Source: an uncultured Bacteroidales bacterium
Lineage (GTDB): Bacteria; Bacteroidota; Bacteroidia; Bacteroidales; WCHB1-69
DNA length: 64,000 nucleotides
Direction: 5' to 3'
Assembly (NCBI GenBank): GCA_937901455.1
Contig: CALDIA010000054.1
Location: forward strand, 5,224 to 69,223
Shown here: in pieces, positions 20,387 to 31,023 of the stretch
How positions within the stretch are numbered: position 1 is the stretch's first letter
Layout of the letters: each line of letters starts with the position of its first letter
The notes under the pieces: model-generated
Seen by the model: only the letters and a program-made list of their open reading frames with translations
Told to the model about the DNA's origin: nothing
Databases searched by the model: none
Program-made: the position numbers and the translations under genes

Positions 20387-21394
20387 ATGAATAAAAGAAA
20401 AACGACCATTGCCATCGCTATTTTGTCCATCTTGTTGGTTGCCTCTGTGGGCATCACGCTTTGCTTGGCTTTCACCGACCATCCCTTGAAGGTGAAGCCT
20501 ATACCCAACTATTATAGCAACAAGTTGACATCTCCCTATTTGCCAGAGTCGATGACCTTTGCAGGTGAGAAGGTGCCCTTAGATGTGTATTGGGTGCACG
20601 AGGCATTGGATCGGGAAATGGTTATTAACACCTACCAACACTCCAAGACACTGAGAATTTTCAAATTGTCCACGCGTATCTTTCCGGTGGTGGAGAAGAT
20701 ATTAAAAGAGGAGGGTGTGCCAGAAGACTTCAAATACCTCTGTGTGGCGGAGAGCGGGTTGGAGAATGTGGTGTCGCCGGCAAGTGCCGCCGGATATTGG
20801 CAATTCATGCCTGCTACAGCTAAAGTGTATGGTTTGACGGTGACCAACGACATTGACGAGCGAAACCATTTGGAAAAGGCCACTCGGGCGGCCTGCAAGC
20901 ATTTAAAGAAGTGTAAAAACCAATTTGGAAGCTGGACATTGGCCGCTGCCGCTTACAACCGTGGCGAGGGCGGCTTACAGGCCGCCATCACCTCCCAATC
21001 GTGCAATAATTATTGGGATTTGTGGCTTAACGCGGAAACCTCCCGCTATGTGTTTCGCATACTCTCTTTCAAATTGCTGTTTGAAAATCCTCAATTGTAT
21101 GGCGTGGAGCTCTGCCCGGCTCAAATGTACCATCCCATTCCCACCAAGGAACTGACTGTCACGGCCTCTATTGCCGACTTACCCAAGTTTGCCCAGGAAC
21201 ACAACATCACCTATAAGGAACTACGAGACCTGAACCCATGGATTCGCAACAGCAAATTGGTGGTTCCTTCGGGTAAAAGCTATACGTTGTTGTTACCCGA
21301 GAAATCCAAAGACTATTACCGTAATCTTTTCAAGGATTGTGAGAACCCATTTATGAAAATTGGGGATACTGTGCCCCAAGCATTGAAAAACTAA
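20387..21394 (+). CDS. lytic transglycosylase (SLT-domain, MltD-like)
   Basis: N-terminal anchor, and the catalytic region CVAESGLENVVSPASAAGYWQFMPATAKVYGL. Confidence 0.8.
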   Translation: MNKRKTTIAIAILSILLVASVGITLCLAFTDHPLKVKPIPNYYSNKLTSPYLPESMTFAGEKVPLDVYWVHEALDREMVINTYQHSKTLRIFKLSTRIFPVVEKILKEEGVPEDFKYLCVAESGLENVVSPASAAGYWQFMPATAKVYGLTVTNDIDERNHLEKATRAACKHLKKCKNQFGSWTLAAAAYNRGEGGLQAAITSQSCNNYWDLWLNAETSRYVFRILSFKLLFENPQLYGVELCPAQMYHPIPTKELTVTASIADLPKFAQEHNITYKELRDLNPWIRNSKLVVPSGKSYTLLLPEKSKDYYRNLFKDCENPFMKIGDTVPQALKN

Positions 21395-21405
21395 AAACGA
21401 ACATC

Positions 21406-23079
21406 ATGAAATATGTGATCATTGGTGGCGTTGCAGGGGGAGCCTCTGCAGCTGCCAGACTAAAAAGAATACAGGAAGATGCCGAGATTGTCATCTTTGA
21501 AAAAGGGGAATATATCTCCTATGCCAATTGTGGTTTACCCTATTACATCGGCAATGCGATAGAGGACCGGAGGAAGCTTTTTGTACAGACGCCAGTTTCT
21601 TTTGGCAATCGTTATGATGCCGATGTGCGCACCTTGAATGAGGTGATAGCCATCGATCGGGTGCGGAAGGTTGTGATGGTTAAAAACCTGCGCAATGGCA
21701 AAGAATATGAGGAGTCGTACGACTGTCTTTTACTTTCCCCGGGAGCAAAGCCTGTAGTACCGAAGTTGCCAGGGATTGATTTGCCACATATTTACACATT
21801 ACGCAATGTACCCGATTGTGATCACATTAAGCAGCGTGCCTTGGAGCAGTTGCGAGATGGCGCTGCTGTGGTGATAGTAGGTGGTGGTTTCATTGGCTTG
21901 GAGATGGCGGAGAACCTTCATCGCATAGGCTATAAGGTTACCATTATTGAAAAGTCCCCGCATGTGCTTGCTCCTTTGGACGTCCCGATGGCAGTTATCG
22001 TACAAAAGCATTTGTGCGACAATGGGGTAACCGTGAAGACAAACTGCTCCTTGACAGGTTTTAAGGAAGATGAGGGCCGACTGATGGTGTGTACCGACGG
22101 GCAGGAAGAATTGCCGTGCGACATGGCTATACTGAGTATTGGGGTACGCCCGAACACGGAATTGGCGCAGAATTGTGGATTGAAAATAGGGGAGAGTGGG
22201 GGAGTGCTCGTGGATGAGTATTTGCGAACCTCCGATGAGTATATCTATGCCGTGGGAGATGTCGTCGAATTTACACATCCCGTCACAGGGAAGCCTTATT
22301 GCAATTTTTTGGCAGGGCCCGCCAACGCGCAGGCCCGCATTGCTGCCATGAATATGGTTTATCCCGAAAGTGTGCGCTATAGTGGATCCGTGGCAACAGC
22401 TATCGCCAAAATCTTTGACTTGACAGCTGCTTCTACAGGACTCAACGAACGGCAACTCCAAAAGTTGGGCATGCCTTACCAGACACTTATCACACATCCT
22501 TGGCCCCATGCCAATTATTATCCGGGGGGAGAGCAAATACACATGAAACTTAACTTCAACCCTGAAAACGGCCGCGTTTTGGGCGCGCAGGCCGTTGGCA
22601 GACAGTATGTGGACAAGCAGATAGATGTGATTTCCTTGTTGCTGAAACACGAGGGTACTATCTTCGATATGATTAACAGTGAGCACGCGTATGCACCGCC
22701 CTATGGTTCCGCCAAAAGCCCGGTAATGTTTGCCGGCATGGTGGCCGAGAACATTATGGCCCATTTGATGAATCCTATACAAGCGGAAGAACTTGACCAA
22801 CTGCTCGACCAAGCGGAAGACATTCAGCTGGTGGATGTGCGTGATATTCAAGAGTATAAAACAGGGACTATCGCTCATGCCGAAAACTATCCTCTGGACG
22901 AACTCCGCGAATTAATGGAGGATTTGGACCCCAACAAGAAGACGGTAGTGTTCTGCGAGGTAGGCATGCGTGGCTATGTGGCCGCCCGCATTCTGATGCA
23001 GTCTGGATTTACCGAAATTTACAACCTTATTGGCGGCATGAAGACCTACCGCCTCATCGGTAAACATAATAGGGGATAA
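21406..23079 (+). CDS. CoA-disulfide reductase / NADH-oxidase-family flavoprotein fused to a C-terminal rhodanese domain
   Basis: MKYVIIGGVAGGASAAARL is an FAD fold. The redox Cys lies in SYANCGLPYY. A second Rossmann motif VVIVGGGFIGLE is present. The C-terminal rhodanese active-site loop is VVFCEVGMRG. Confidence 0.85.
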   Translation: MKYVIIGGVAGGASAAARLKRIQEDAEIVIFEKGEYISYANCGLPYYIGNAIEDRRKLFVQTPVSFGNRYDADVRTLNEVIAIDRVRKVVMVKNLRNGKEYEESYDCLLLSPGAKPVVPKLPGIDLPHIYTLRNVPDCDHIKQRALEQLRDGAAVVIVGGGFIGLEMAENLHRIGYKVTIIEKSPHVLAPLDVPMAVIVQKHLCDNGVTVKTNCSLTGFKEDEGRLMVCTDGQEELPCDMAILSIGVRPNTELAQNCGLKIGESGGVLVDEYLRTSDEYIYAVGDVVEFTHPVTGKPYCNFLAGPANAQARIAAMNMVYPESVRYSGSVATAIAKIFDLTAASTGLNERQLQKLGMPYQTLITHPWPHANYYPGGEQIHMKLNFNPENGRVLGAQAVGRQYVDKQIDVISLLLKHEGTIFDMINSEHAYAPPYGSAKSPVMFAGMVAENIMAHLMNPIQAEELDQLLDQAEDIQLVDVRDIQEYKTGTIAHAENYPLDELRELMEDLDPNKKTVVFCEVGMRGYVAARILMQSGFTEIYNLIGGMKTYRLIGKHNRG

Positions 23080-23115
23080 AAAGACCCTTAAAAAATTATA
23101 AAATACTCAAAAATG

Positions 23116-23150
23116 GGGATTAGGCAGTTTGCGTAATCCCTATATTTTTG
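23116..23150 (+). terminator. rho-independent terminator after 21406..23079
   Basis: Stem GGGATTA (23116..23122) / TAATCCC (23134..23140), followed by TATATTTTTG. Confidence 0.6.
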
Positions 23151-23248
23151 CCATCGTAAATGATACACATTTTGTGCTGAAGAAATAAGGGGGGGCGAAG
23201 AAGTTAGGCAATGTTTGATTTTATAATAATATAGTAAGTTGTTTTTTA

Positions 23249-23277
23249 GGCTGGACTCGCGAGTCCGGCCTTTTTTT
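23249..23277 (+). terminator. second, stronger rho-independent terminator with no CDS upstream of it
   Basis: GGCTGGACT-CGCG-AGTCCGGCC forms a 9-bp GC-rich stem, followed by TTTTTTT (23271..23277). Confidence 0.7.
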
Positions 23278-23334
23278 GTGTATAAAACATATGGATAAAT
23301 TCGCTTTGATAATACATAAAAAGGTTAAAAAGAT

Positions 23335-23342
23335 TATCTTTG
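23335..23342 (+). promoter_or_regulatory. -7 promoter box TATCTTTG for fabG
   Basis: 61 nt upstream of the ATG at 23404. Confidence 0.45.
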
Positions 23343-23403
23343 CCGTTTTATATGGATGGGTCGGGAAGGGCGAAAATCTTTTATTTAAAAATATATTGAG
23401 ATC

Positions 23404-24135
23404 ATGCTAAAATATGCATTAGTAACAGGAGGTTCGCGTGGCATTGGGCGAGCGGTGGCTTTGCGATTGTCACAACAAGGGTTCGCGGTTGTCGTCAACT
23501 ATGTAAGTAATGATGCTGCCGCAGAGGAAACAAAAAGGCTGATAGAGGATAAGGGAGGCGTTTGCGAGCTGCTAAAGTTTGATATTTCGGATGATCAGGC
23601 CGTGGAAGAGGCGCTTCAGCAGTGGGAAGTAGCACACCATGGCGACTTCATTTCCGTGCTTGTGAATAATGCGGGCACGCGTCGCGACAACCTGATGATC
23701 ATGATGAGTGACGAAGAATGGCACAGTGTAATCGACACGCCTCTGAATGGCTTTTTCAATATCACGCGTCGGGTGGTGAAGGGTATGTTGCAGCATCGTG
23801 AGGGTCGTATTATCAACATGGCGTCTCTTTCTGGGCTTAAGGGTGTGCCTGGGCAGACAAACTACAGTGCTGCCAAGGCTGCCATCATCGGGGCTACCAA
23901 GGCACTTGCCCAAGAGGTGGCCAAGCGCAAGGTGACGGTCAATGCAGTGGCTCCAGGCTTCATTGTCACGGACATGACTGCCGGGCTTGACGAGGCTGCA
24001 CTCAGCAAGATGATTCCCGCCGCACGATTTGGCACACCAGAGGAGGTTGCCGCTGTAGTGGCTTTTCTTGCTTCTCCCGAGGCCTCCTATGTTACTGGTC
24101 AGGTAATACAGGTGAACGGAGGTCTTTATAGTTAG
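23404..24135 (+). CDS. fabG: 3-oxoacyl-[ACP] reductase (SDR family)
   Basis: TGGSRGIG cofactor motif, NNAG, catalytic YSAAKAA, 243 aa. Confidence 0.75.
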   Translation: MLKYALVTGGSRGIGRAVALRLSQQGFAVVVNYVSNDAAAEETKRLIEDKGGVCELLKFDISDDQAVEEALQQWEVAHHGDFISVLVNNAGTRRDNLMIMMSDEEWHSVIDTPLNGFFNITRRVVKGMLQHREGRIINMASLSGLKGVPGQTNYSAAKAAIIGATKALAQEVAKRKVTVNAVAPGFIVTDMTAGLDEAALSKMIPAARFGTPEEVAAVVAFLASPEASYVTGQVIQVNGGLYS

Positions 24136-24162
24136 TTTCTTATATAGTACAGTCAGGAAAAC

Positions 24163-24194
24163 AAAAACGGGTGATCAAAAGGTCACCCGTTTTA
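24163..24194. terminator. bidirectional terminator between convergent fabG and gap
   Basis: AAAACGGGTGA-TCAAAAGG-TCACCCGTTTT, with A and T runs on both sides. Confidence 0.75.
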
Positions 24195-24220
24195 TTGCAT
24201 ATTCGGTGTGTTTAGAATGA

Positions 24221-25234
<1,014 letters not shown>

Positions 25235-25298
25235 TTATCTGTTTTTTGCGTTATTGAAACTTTCTTTTTGATTGTTGCAACCCCAAAAATTGCAGCCG

Positions 25299-25306
25299 CA
25301 AAAATA
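25299..25306 (-). promoter_or_regulatory. -7 promoter box (TATTTTTG, minus strand) for gap
   Basis: Plus-strand CAAAAATA, 67 nt upstream of the ATG at 25231. Confidence 0.45.
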
Positions 25307-25352
25307 AACAAAAAAATGATATTGGAATAGGAGGACAGACCACTTTTTTTCA

Positions 25353-25360
25353 TATATTTG
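25353..25360 (+). promoter_or_regulatory. -7 promoter box TATATTTG for ackA
   Basis: 33 nt upstream of the ATG at 25394. It overlaps the TTG pseudo-start used by the ORF track. Confidence 0.55.
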
Positions 25361-25393
25361 CGGCCTGATTATTACAACAAATTTCAATTGCAT

Positions 25394-26593
25394 ATGAAAA
25401 TATTAGTTTTAAATTGTGGCAGTTCCTCTATCAAGTATCAGATTTTGGAGATGGAACCGCAGCCCGAGTTGAAGGCCAAAGGTCTTGTTGAGCGCGTAGG
25501 CTTGGAGATGGGTGAGTTTACGCATAAACCAGTTGGCAAGGATAAGTATTATACCCAGACTCCTATTCCCACCCACGAGGCGGGTATCAAGTTGATATTG
25601 GAAGCGCTTACCGATCCCGTACACGGTGTTATCTGTTCCTTGGATGAGATCAATGCAGTAGGCCATCGGGTGGCGCACGGCGGAGAGTATTTTAAAAAGT
25701 CGATGGTAATCGGCGACAAAGAGCGCGAGGAGATTGAGAAACTCTGTGCCTTGGCCCCGTTGCACAACCCAGCCAGTCTTACTGGTATTGATGCCATGAA
25801 GAAATTGCTCCCCAATGTGAAACATGTGGGTATTTTCGATACTTCTTTCCATCAGACTATGCCTCCAGAGGCGTTCTTATATGCACTGCCTTTTGAATAT
25901 TATTCTGAGAAGAAGATTCGTCGCTACGGTTTCCACGGCACCAGTCATAAATATGTGGGTCCCAAAGCTGCCGAAATAGTGGGTATTCCTTATGAGAGTG
26001 CCAAGATTGTGAGTTGTCACTTGGGTAATGGTGCTTCCATATGTGCTATCAAGAACGGAAAGTCTATCGATACCTCCATGGGTTTCACTCCAGTTGAGGG
26101 ATTGGTGATGGGTACCCGTGTAGGCGATATTGATGCCGGTGCGCTGCTCTATATCATGGAGAACGAGCATCTCAACACCCAAGAGGCCAACACGCTAATT
26201 AATAAGAGGAGTGGATTGCTGGGTATCTCTGGTAAGAGTGTGGATATGCGCGACATTCGTGCCGGCCGCGACAGTGGCGACGAGCGTTCCACAGATGCCT
26301 TCAATATGTTTGCCTATAGAGTGAAGAAGTACATAGGTGCCTATGCCGCTGCCATGGGTGGTGTGGATATTATCCTCTTCACGGGCGGTATTGGCGAGAA
26401 TGCCTGGTTCCAACGCGAAGCCATTTGTGATGGCTTGGAGTTCTTGGGTACCAAACTCGACAAAGAGGCTAACCAAAAGTTTGCCGGTGAGGATGGCATC
26501 ATCTCCACTCCTGACGCCAAGGTTAAGTTGGTATCGGTAACCACTAATGAGGAGCTTGTGATGGCCATGGAAACCTACCAGCTTTCTAAGTAG
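25394..26593 (+). CDS. ackA: acetate kinase
   Basis: MKILVLNCGSSSIKYQ, YGFHGTSH and TGGIGEN are present. 399 aa from the Met at 25394. Confidence 0.95.
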   Translation: MKILVLNCGSSSIKYQILEMEPQPELKAKGLVERVGLEMGEFTHKPVGKDKYYTQTPIPTHEAGIKLILEALTDPVHGVICSLDEINAVGHRVAHGGEYFKKSMVIGDKEREEIEKLCALAPLHNPASLTGIDAMKKLLPNVKHVGIFDTSFHQTMPPEAFLYALPFEYYSEKKIRRYGFHGTSHKYVGPKAAEIVGIPYESAKIVSCHLGNGASICAIKNGKSIDTSMGFTPVEGLVMGTRVGDIDAGALLYIMENEHLNTQEANTLINKRSGLLGISGKSVDMRDIRAGRDSGDERSTDAFNMFAYRVKKYIGAYAAAMGGVDIILFTGGIGENAWFQREAICDGLEFLGTKLDKEANQKFAGEDGIISTPDAKVKLVSVTTNEELVMAMETYQLSK

Positions 26594-26624
26594 TAAAATC
26601 CGAATTGCTGATATTGTCATAAAC

Positions 26625-26652
26625 AAAGAGCGCCCCGTCGGGGCGCTCTTTT
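26625..26652. terminator. bidirectional terminator between convergent ackA and the POT transporter gene
   Basis: GAGCGCCCC-GTC-GGGGCGCTC flanked by AAA and TTTT. Confidence 0.8.
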
Positions 26653-26678
26653 CGTATTGGTATCGAAAGTTTCACCTA

Positions 26679-28334
26679 CTATTGGGTTACTCTCTCAAGC
26701 CACTTCAACATGCCCAGCATAATAGACATGGAAGCAAGGCAAATGAGGGCGAAAACACCCCAAGTCATCCACTGGTGTGGGAAAGCGTTCAGCATTTTGA
26801 CACCGAGGAATATGAACAAATTACCAATAGCAGTGGCGGTCAGCCACAAACCTTGGCACTTGCCAACCATGTGACGCGGAGCAATCTTGGACACAAAAGA
26901 TAAGCCCAGAGGTGAGATAAACAATTCGGCCACGGTAAGGAAGAAGTAAGTCACAATCAACACACTCGGACTGGATTTCATGCTCATTTTGACACTCTCT
27001 TCCATTGCCTTGAACTCGCTACCGGAAGGATAGTTGTGAATAATGGCAACAATTATTAGGAAGATGTAGGCACATGCGGCAATAAACATACCCAAAGCAA
27101 TCTTCTTAGGTGTGGAAACCTCTTTGCCTTTACGGACAAATGCGGCAAATATCCACATGATAACAGGTGTCAAAACAATTACAAAGAAGGGGTTGATGAA
27201 CTGCATGATTTCTGGTGGCAGATTCGTTGTGTCAACGAAGTCACGGGCAAAGATAGACAGAGATTGTGCGTTTTGGTGGAAAGAGAACCAGAAGAACACA
27301 GCGATACCCAGCACGGCATACAGTGCCATCATACGCTGTTTGATTTCCTTGGCATTGGCCAGGCGTTCTTCTTCGGTATAATCTTGAACATTAGCTTTTT
27401 CCTTTTTAACGGGGTTCGGAAGTTTGTGTTTGACAGCCAAAAAGATGCATAATGAAATCAACATGGCCAGCACGGAGACAATAAAGGAGAGATGCACACC
27501 GGTGTTGTACACTTGCAGATAATTTTGGCAGAAGGCAGGAAGATTATCGGCTGCACCTGCGAATTTTTGGGAGAGTTGTGTAAGGTTGGACATGTCGTTG
27601 CCTTCCATGGTACCCATGAGGAATTTGTGGCACAAACGAGGAAGGTCAGCATTGTAAACCAAATTCTTGGCACCTAACCACCAGTCGCGGATGATAGGAG
27701 CTACAAACGGGGCAATCACACCACCAATGTTGATGAATACATAGAAAATCTGGAAACCACTGTCTCTTTTCTCTTTGGCAGCAGCCAATGCTTCAGGACC
27801 CTCTTTGGCAGCTTCGGCCTCAAAGTCATCGTATAATTGACCTACGATAGCTTGCAAGTTTCCTTTAAATAGACCGTTACCACAAGCAATAAGCAGTAGG
27901 GCACACATGGCAAGTACAAATACCCAAGACTTAGCGCCTTGATCGCTGAATACAGGAATGGACAATAACGCATAGCCAATAGCCATCACAATGATACCTG
28001 TGATAATAGTCCTTTTGTAGTTTTGGGTACGGTCAGCGATGATACCGCCTGGCAGAGCCAGCACATAGATCAGAAAATAGAATATCCCGAAAATAAGGCC
28101 GGAGGTCTCATCGGAAATACCGAACTTGGAGCAGATGAACAACACGAGTACAGCATTCATAATATAGTAGCCGAAACGCTCACCCATATTGCTCAAAGCA
28201 GCGGCAATTAAGCCTTTGGGATGTTCTTTTGCCTTCTTCAAATAAAAAATCAAGAAGGGAATGACAACGATTAAAACTATGACAAACACCATCAAAGTAC
28301 GATGGTCATGCCATAAAGTGGAGATAAGATTCAT
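26679..28334 (-). CDS. proton-dependent oligopeptide transporter (POT/PTR2 family)
   Basis: GERFGYYIMNAVLVLF and FKGNLQAIVGQLY are POT signature regions. 551 aa, polytopic. Confidence 0.85.
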   Translation of the reverse strand: MNLISTLWHDHRTLMVFVIVLIVVIPFLIFYLKKAKEHPKGLIAAALSNMGERFGYYIMNAVLVLFICSKFGISDETSGLIFGIFYFLIYVLALPGGIIADRTQNYKRTIITGIIVMAIGYALLSIPVFSDQGAKSWVFVLAMCALLLIACGNGLFKGNLQAIVGQLYDDFEAEAAKEGPEALAAAKEKRDSGFQIFYVFINIGGVIAPFVAPIIRDWWLGAKNLVYNADLPRLCHKFLMGTMEGNDMSNLTQLSQKFAGAADNLPAFCQNYLQVYNTGVHLSFIVSVLAMLISLCIFLAVKHKLPNPVKKEKANVQDYTEEERLANAKEIKQRMMALYAVLGIAVFFWFSFHQNAQSLSIFARDFVDTTNLPPEIMQFINPFFVIVLTPVIMWIFAAFVRKGKEVSTPKKIALGMFIAACAYIFLIIVAIIHNYPSGSEFKAMEESVKMSMKSSPSVLIVTYFFLTVAELFISPLGLSFVSKIAPRHMVGKCQGLWLTATAIGNLFIFLGVKMLNAFPHQWMTWGVFALICLASMSIMLGMLKWLERVTQ

Positions 28335-28363
28335 AGGTAAAAAAATTTAGAATTAAAAATGAT

Positions 28364-28678
28364 TTACAGATATTGGTTAATTTTCTTCACCAGTTCTTCT
28401 TTGCTGATGATGCCGACATGGCGGTCCACCTCTTCCCCATTCTTCAAGAAGATTAACGTGGGGATGTTCATGACGCCGAACTGCATGGCGATGTCACCAT
28501 TTTCATCGGTGTCGCATTTGCCGATAACGGCTTTGCCTTCATACTCGTTAGCCACCTCCTCCACAATGGGGGCAATGTGGCGGCACGGGCCACACCAAGT
28601 TGCCCAAAAATCGACAACTACCAACGGGTTACCCTGTACTAATGATTCGAAATTTTCTGTTGTAATTGCTAATGCCAT
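28364..28678 (-). CDS. trxA: thioredoxin
   Basis: 104 aa with the WATWCGPCR active site. Confidence 0.95.
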   Translation of the reverse strand: MALAITTENFESLVQGNPLVVVDFWATWCGPCRHIAPIVEEVANEYEGKAVIGKCDTDENGDIAMQFGVMNIPTLIFLKNGEEVDRHVGIISKEELVKKINQYL

Positions 28679-28719
28679 AATAGTTATATTTTAATTGATA
28701 AATAATTGACAAAAACTTG

Positions 28720-29130
28720 TTATTTGACGTAAATGGTCAGCACTTCCGGGGCTTCCACAGCCACCAGCTCGGGACCAAAGTTGTATTGCGACAAAAAGTC
28801 GCGCATCTCCTTGTTGGTGAAGGTATATACTGATACTTTCTTCTTGGATTTGACGAGGTCGGAAACCGAGATATACACCACTTTTTCCTTGTTGGAATAG
28901 GGTTTCATCAAATAGTTGATTCCCTTTTGATGGAATGTCAGGGAGATGGTAGAGTCTGAAAAAGTCACCGATTTTTTACCTTCCGGAACATTATAACATT
29001 GTATCTTGTATTCTTGGGTTACGCGGTAATCTCTGGAAAAGGTGATTACCAGCCATGCCATCGCCGCCAGGAGAAGGCATACCAAAAAAGCTACAGAGGG
29101 TAAGCGTAAGGGTAACTTTTTATCGTTCAT
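28720..29130 (-). CDS. membrane-anchored hypothetical protein (possibly YbbR-like)
   Basis: One N-terminal TM helix then a beta-rich domain. It occupies the position after yajC where Bacteroidales often carry a YbbR-like gene. That assignment is tentative. Confidence 0.5.
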   Translation of the reverse strand: MNDKKLPLRLPSVAFLVCLLLAAMAWLVITFSRDYRVTQEYKIQCYNVPEGKKSVTFSDSTISLTFHQKGINYLMKPYSNKEKVVYISVSDLVKSKKKVSVYTFTNKEMRDFLSQYNFGPELVAVEAPEVLTIYVK

Positions 29131-29139
29131 TGTTCAAGA

Positions 29140-29538
29140 TTAGTCGAGGTTTGGATTGCGGTCTTCGTCTATGGCAGTAGGTGTAGAGGGTTCTTCATTT
29201 TTGTCGTTCTCTTCTGGTTTCACCGGATCCTTCTTGGGGGTGTTGCCATTGGCTTGGTAATTGATGGCGGTCTTTTCCAGTTCAATGACGATACCTTTCG
29301 CAATCTCAACCTGGAAAGTCTTTTCCTTGACACCGACAATCTTGCCGTGGATACCACCCACAGTCGTTATTTTATCACCCTTGCCAAGGTTGTTTCGGAA
29401 CTCTTCCATCTGCTTTTGCTGTTTTTGCTGCGGACGGATCAAGAAGAAATAGAAAATAGCAATAAATAGGAGAATCATGATTACGGTAGACATGCCACCG
29501 GTAGCTCCTTCTGCTGCTAATAAGATAAACATGTTCAT
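29140..29538 (-). CDS. yajC: preprotein translocase subunit YajC (with a charged C-terminal extension)
   Basis: A TM helix followed by LIRPQQKQQKQMEEFRNNLGKGDKITTVGGIHGKIV. Confidence 0.85.
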   Translation of the reverse strand: MNMFILLAAEGATGGMSTVIMILLFIAIFYFFLIRPQQKQQKQMEEFRNNLGKGDKITTVGGIHGKIVGVKEKTFQVEIAKGIVIELEKTAINYQANGNTPKKDPVKPEENDKNEEPSTPTAIDEDRNPNLD

Positions 29539-29565
29539 TGTGTGGATTTTAAATGGTTAATATTG

Positions 29566-30033
29566 TTATTTTAATTTAGAAACATTGGCTGTAATGGTCA
29601 GGATGTTTTCTGACGGATAGGTATTGGCGGCCACCAAAATGCGCTTGGTCACCTTCCCGTTTTGGGATTGGGAGTCAAAGGTAACGGTAATCTCGCCAGA
29701 CTCTCCTGGGCGTATCGGGGCTTTCGGGGGCGTAGAGGTAGTGCACCCGCAGGTAGCCTCCGAAGAGTAGATGATCAGGTTCGATTTGCCCGTATTCTTG
29801 AACTTGAAAGCGTAGGTCAGTTTCTCGCCTTGCACAACATCGCCAAAATCGTACGTGGTGGTCTCAAAGGTGATAGCCGGCATGTTCTTGTTGGCTTTGT
29901 CGGACATGCCATCCGCCGTTTGGGGATTGTGAATGTCGGACACTTTAAATGTGTTTTCCTCTGTGGTCTTTTGGCGGCATGCACTGCAGCAACAGAGCAG
30001 AATCATCAAGCAATATAAGGTTAATTTCTTCAT
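29566..30033 (-). CDS. DUF1573-domain lipoprotein
   Basis: Lipoprotein signal ending ...LLCCCSAC. FDFGDVVQGEKLTYAFKFKNTGKSNLIIYSSEATCGCT is the DUF1573 pattern. Confidence 0.8.
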   Translation of the reverse strand: MKKLTLYCLMILLCCCSACRQKTTEENTFKVSDIHNPQTADGMSDKANKNMPAITFETTTYDFGDVVQGEKLTYAFKFKNTGKSNLIIYSSEATCGCTTSTPPKAPIRPGESGEITVTFDSQSQNGKVTKRILVAANTYPSENILTITANVSKLK

Positions 30034-30039
30034 AATCAG

Positions 30040-30990
30040 TTAGTTTTGATACAAACCACGGCCTGTCTTGTTCAACAAACCGTTGTCGCGTAATTCTTCA
30101 ATCATTTTATCTAACACTCCGTTTATAAAAGTCTTGCTCTTATCAGAACTGTACATCTTGGCCAGTTCTATATATTCGTTTAGCGTAACCTTGACCGGGA
30201 TTGAGGGGAACTCTGTCAATTCGCAAATGGCCATCTTCAGCAGCAGAATGTCCATCTCTATCAGGCGCTCCATGTCCCAATTGTGCAGTTTGCTTTCAAT
30301 GAGTTGCTCATACTCCTGGTTTTTGGCAAGTACAGTTCTGAACAAGTGGCGGCACAGGTGTTCATCATCCTTTGGTTGGTTGAAAGGGGGAAATATCTCA
30401 TAAGAAGATACCGTTTTTTCCTTGAATGCATCTACATTTTTGTACAAAATGGCCAGTGCCTCGTAATAATCATCTATCCAATTGGGGTCTTTTTCGCCGA
30501 AAAACCATCTGATATAGTCGCTTTCTGCAAAGATATGTTGGATGATGTCTAATACAAACTGCTTGTCTTCCTTAAAACTGTTTTCGGGAGAAGCCATATA
30601 GACATGATAAATGTCAGAGGCTTCTATCTCCTTGAAAACCTTAATAATGAAATCCAAATCATTATCCCATTTGATGCGGTAATTTTCAATGTAGTTTTCC
30701 AGGGCTTTGTTTTCCTCCATTTGTTTGATGACTCTATTGTCCACAAACTTGGTGTTGGGGTGGAGGTCTTCATAAGAAGGATTGTTTTTCTCTTTGAAGC
30801 TATCGAGCTTGTTGGTCCGGTAGCGGGCCACTTCTGGGAGTATGGAGAAGATCCAGATAAAAAGGGCATGGCAGTTCTCCACCGTTTTGAACAGGGATTG
30901 TTCGGCTTCTCGTTCCGATTCGTTGGAGCGGGTGTTGAATGCATACAGGGCCTGCATCACTTTGATTCGGATAAATCGTCGGCTGATCAT
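30040..30990 (-). CDS. nusB: transcription antitermination factor NusB (long Bacteroidota form)
   Basis: MISRRFIRIKVMQALYAF at the N-terminus and the C-terminal core LLKMAICELTEFPSIPVKVTLNEYIELAKMYSSDKSKTFINGVLD. Confidence 0.85.
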   Translation of the reverse strand: MISRRFIRIKVMQALYAFNTRSNESEREAEQSLFKTVENCHALFIWIFSILPEVARYRTNKLDSFKEKNNPSYEDLHPNTKFVDNRVIKQMEENKALENYIENYRIKWDNDLDFIIKVFKEIEASDIYHVYMASPENSFKEDKQFVLDIIQHIFAESDYIRWFFGEKDPNWIDDYYEALAILYKNVDAFKEKTVSSYEIFPPFNQPKDDEHLCRHLFRTVLAKNQEYEQLIESKLHNWDMERLIEMDILLLKMAICELTEFPSIPVKVTLNEYIELAKMYSSDKSKTFINGVLDKMIEELRDNGLLNKTGRGLYQN

Positions 30991-31023
30991 GAGATGATGA
31001 GATATTGGTTACTGCAAAGGAGA

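Noticed and set aside
21799-22878. 359-aa minus-strand ORF, one of the longest in the track
   Set aside because: It lies entirely antisense to the well-supported CoADR-rhodanese gene. It has odd composition (H/G/V/L-rich, no motifs) and no promoter box or signal. This is a typical shadow ORF of a GC3-biased gene.
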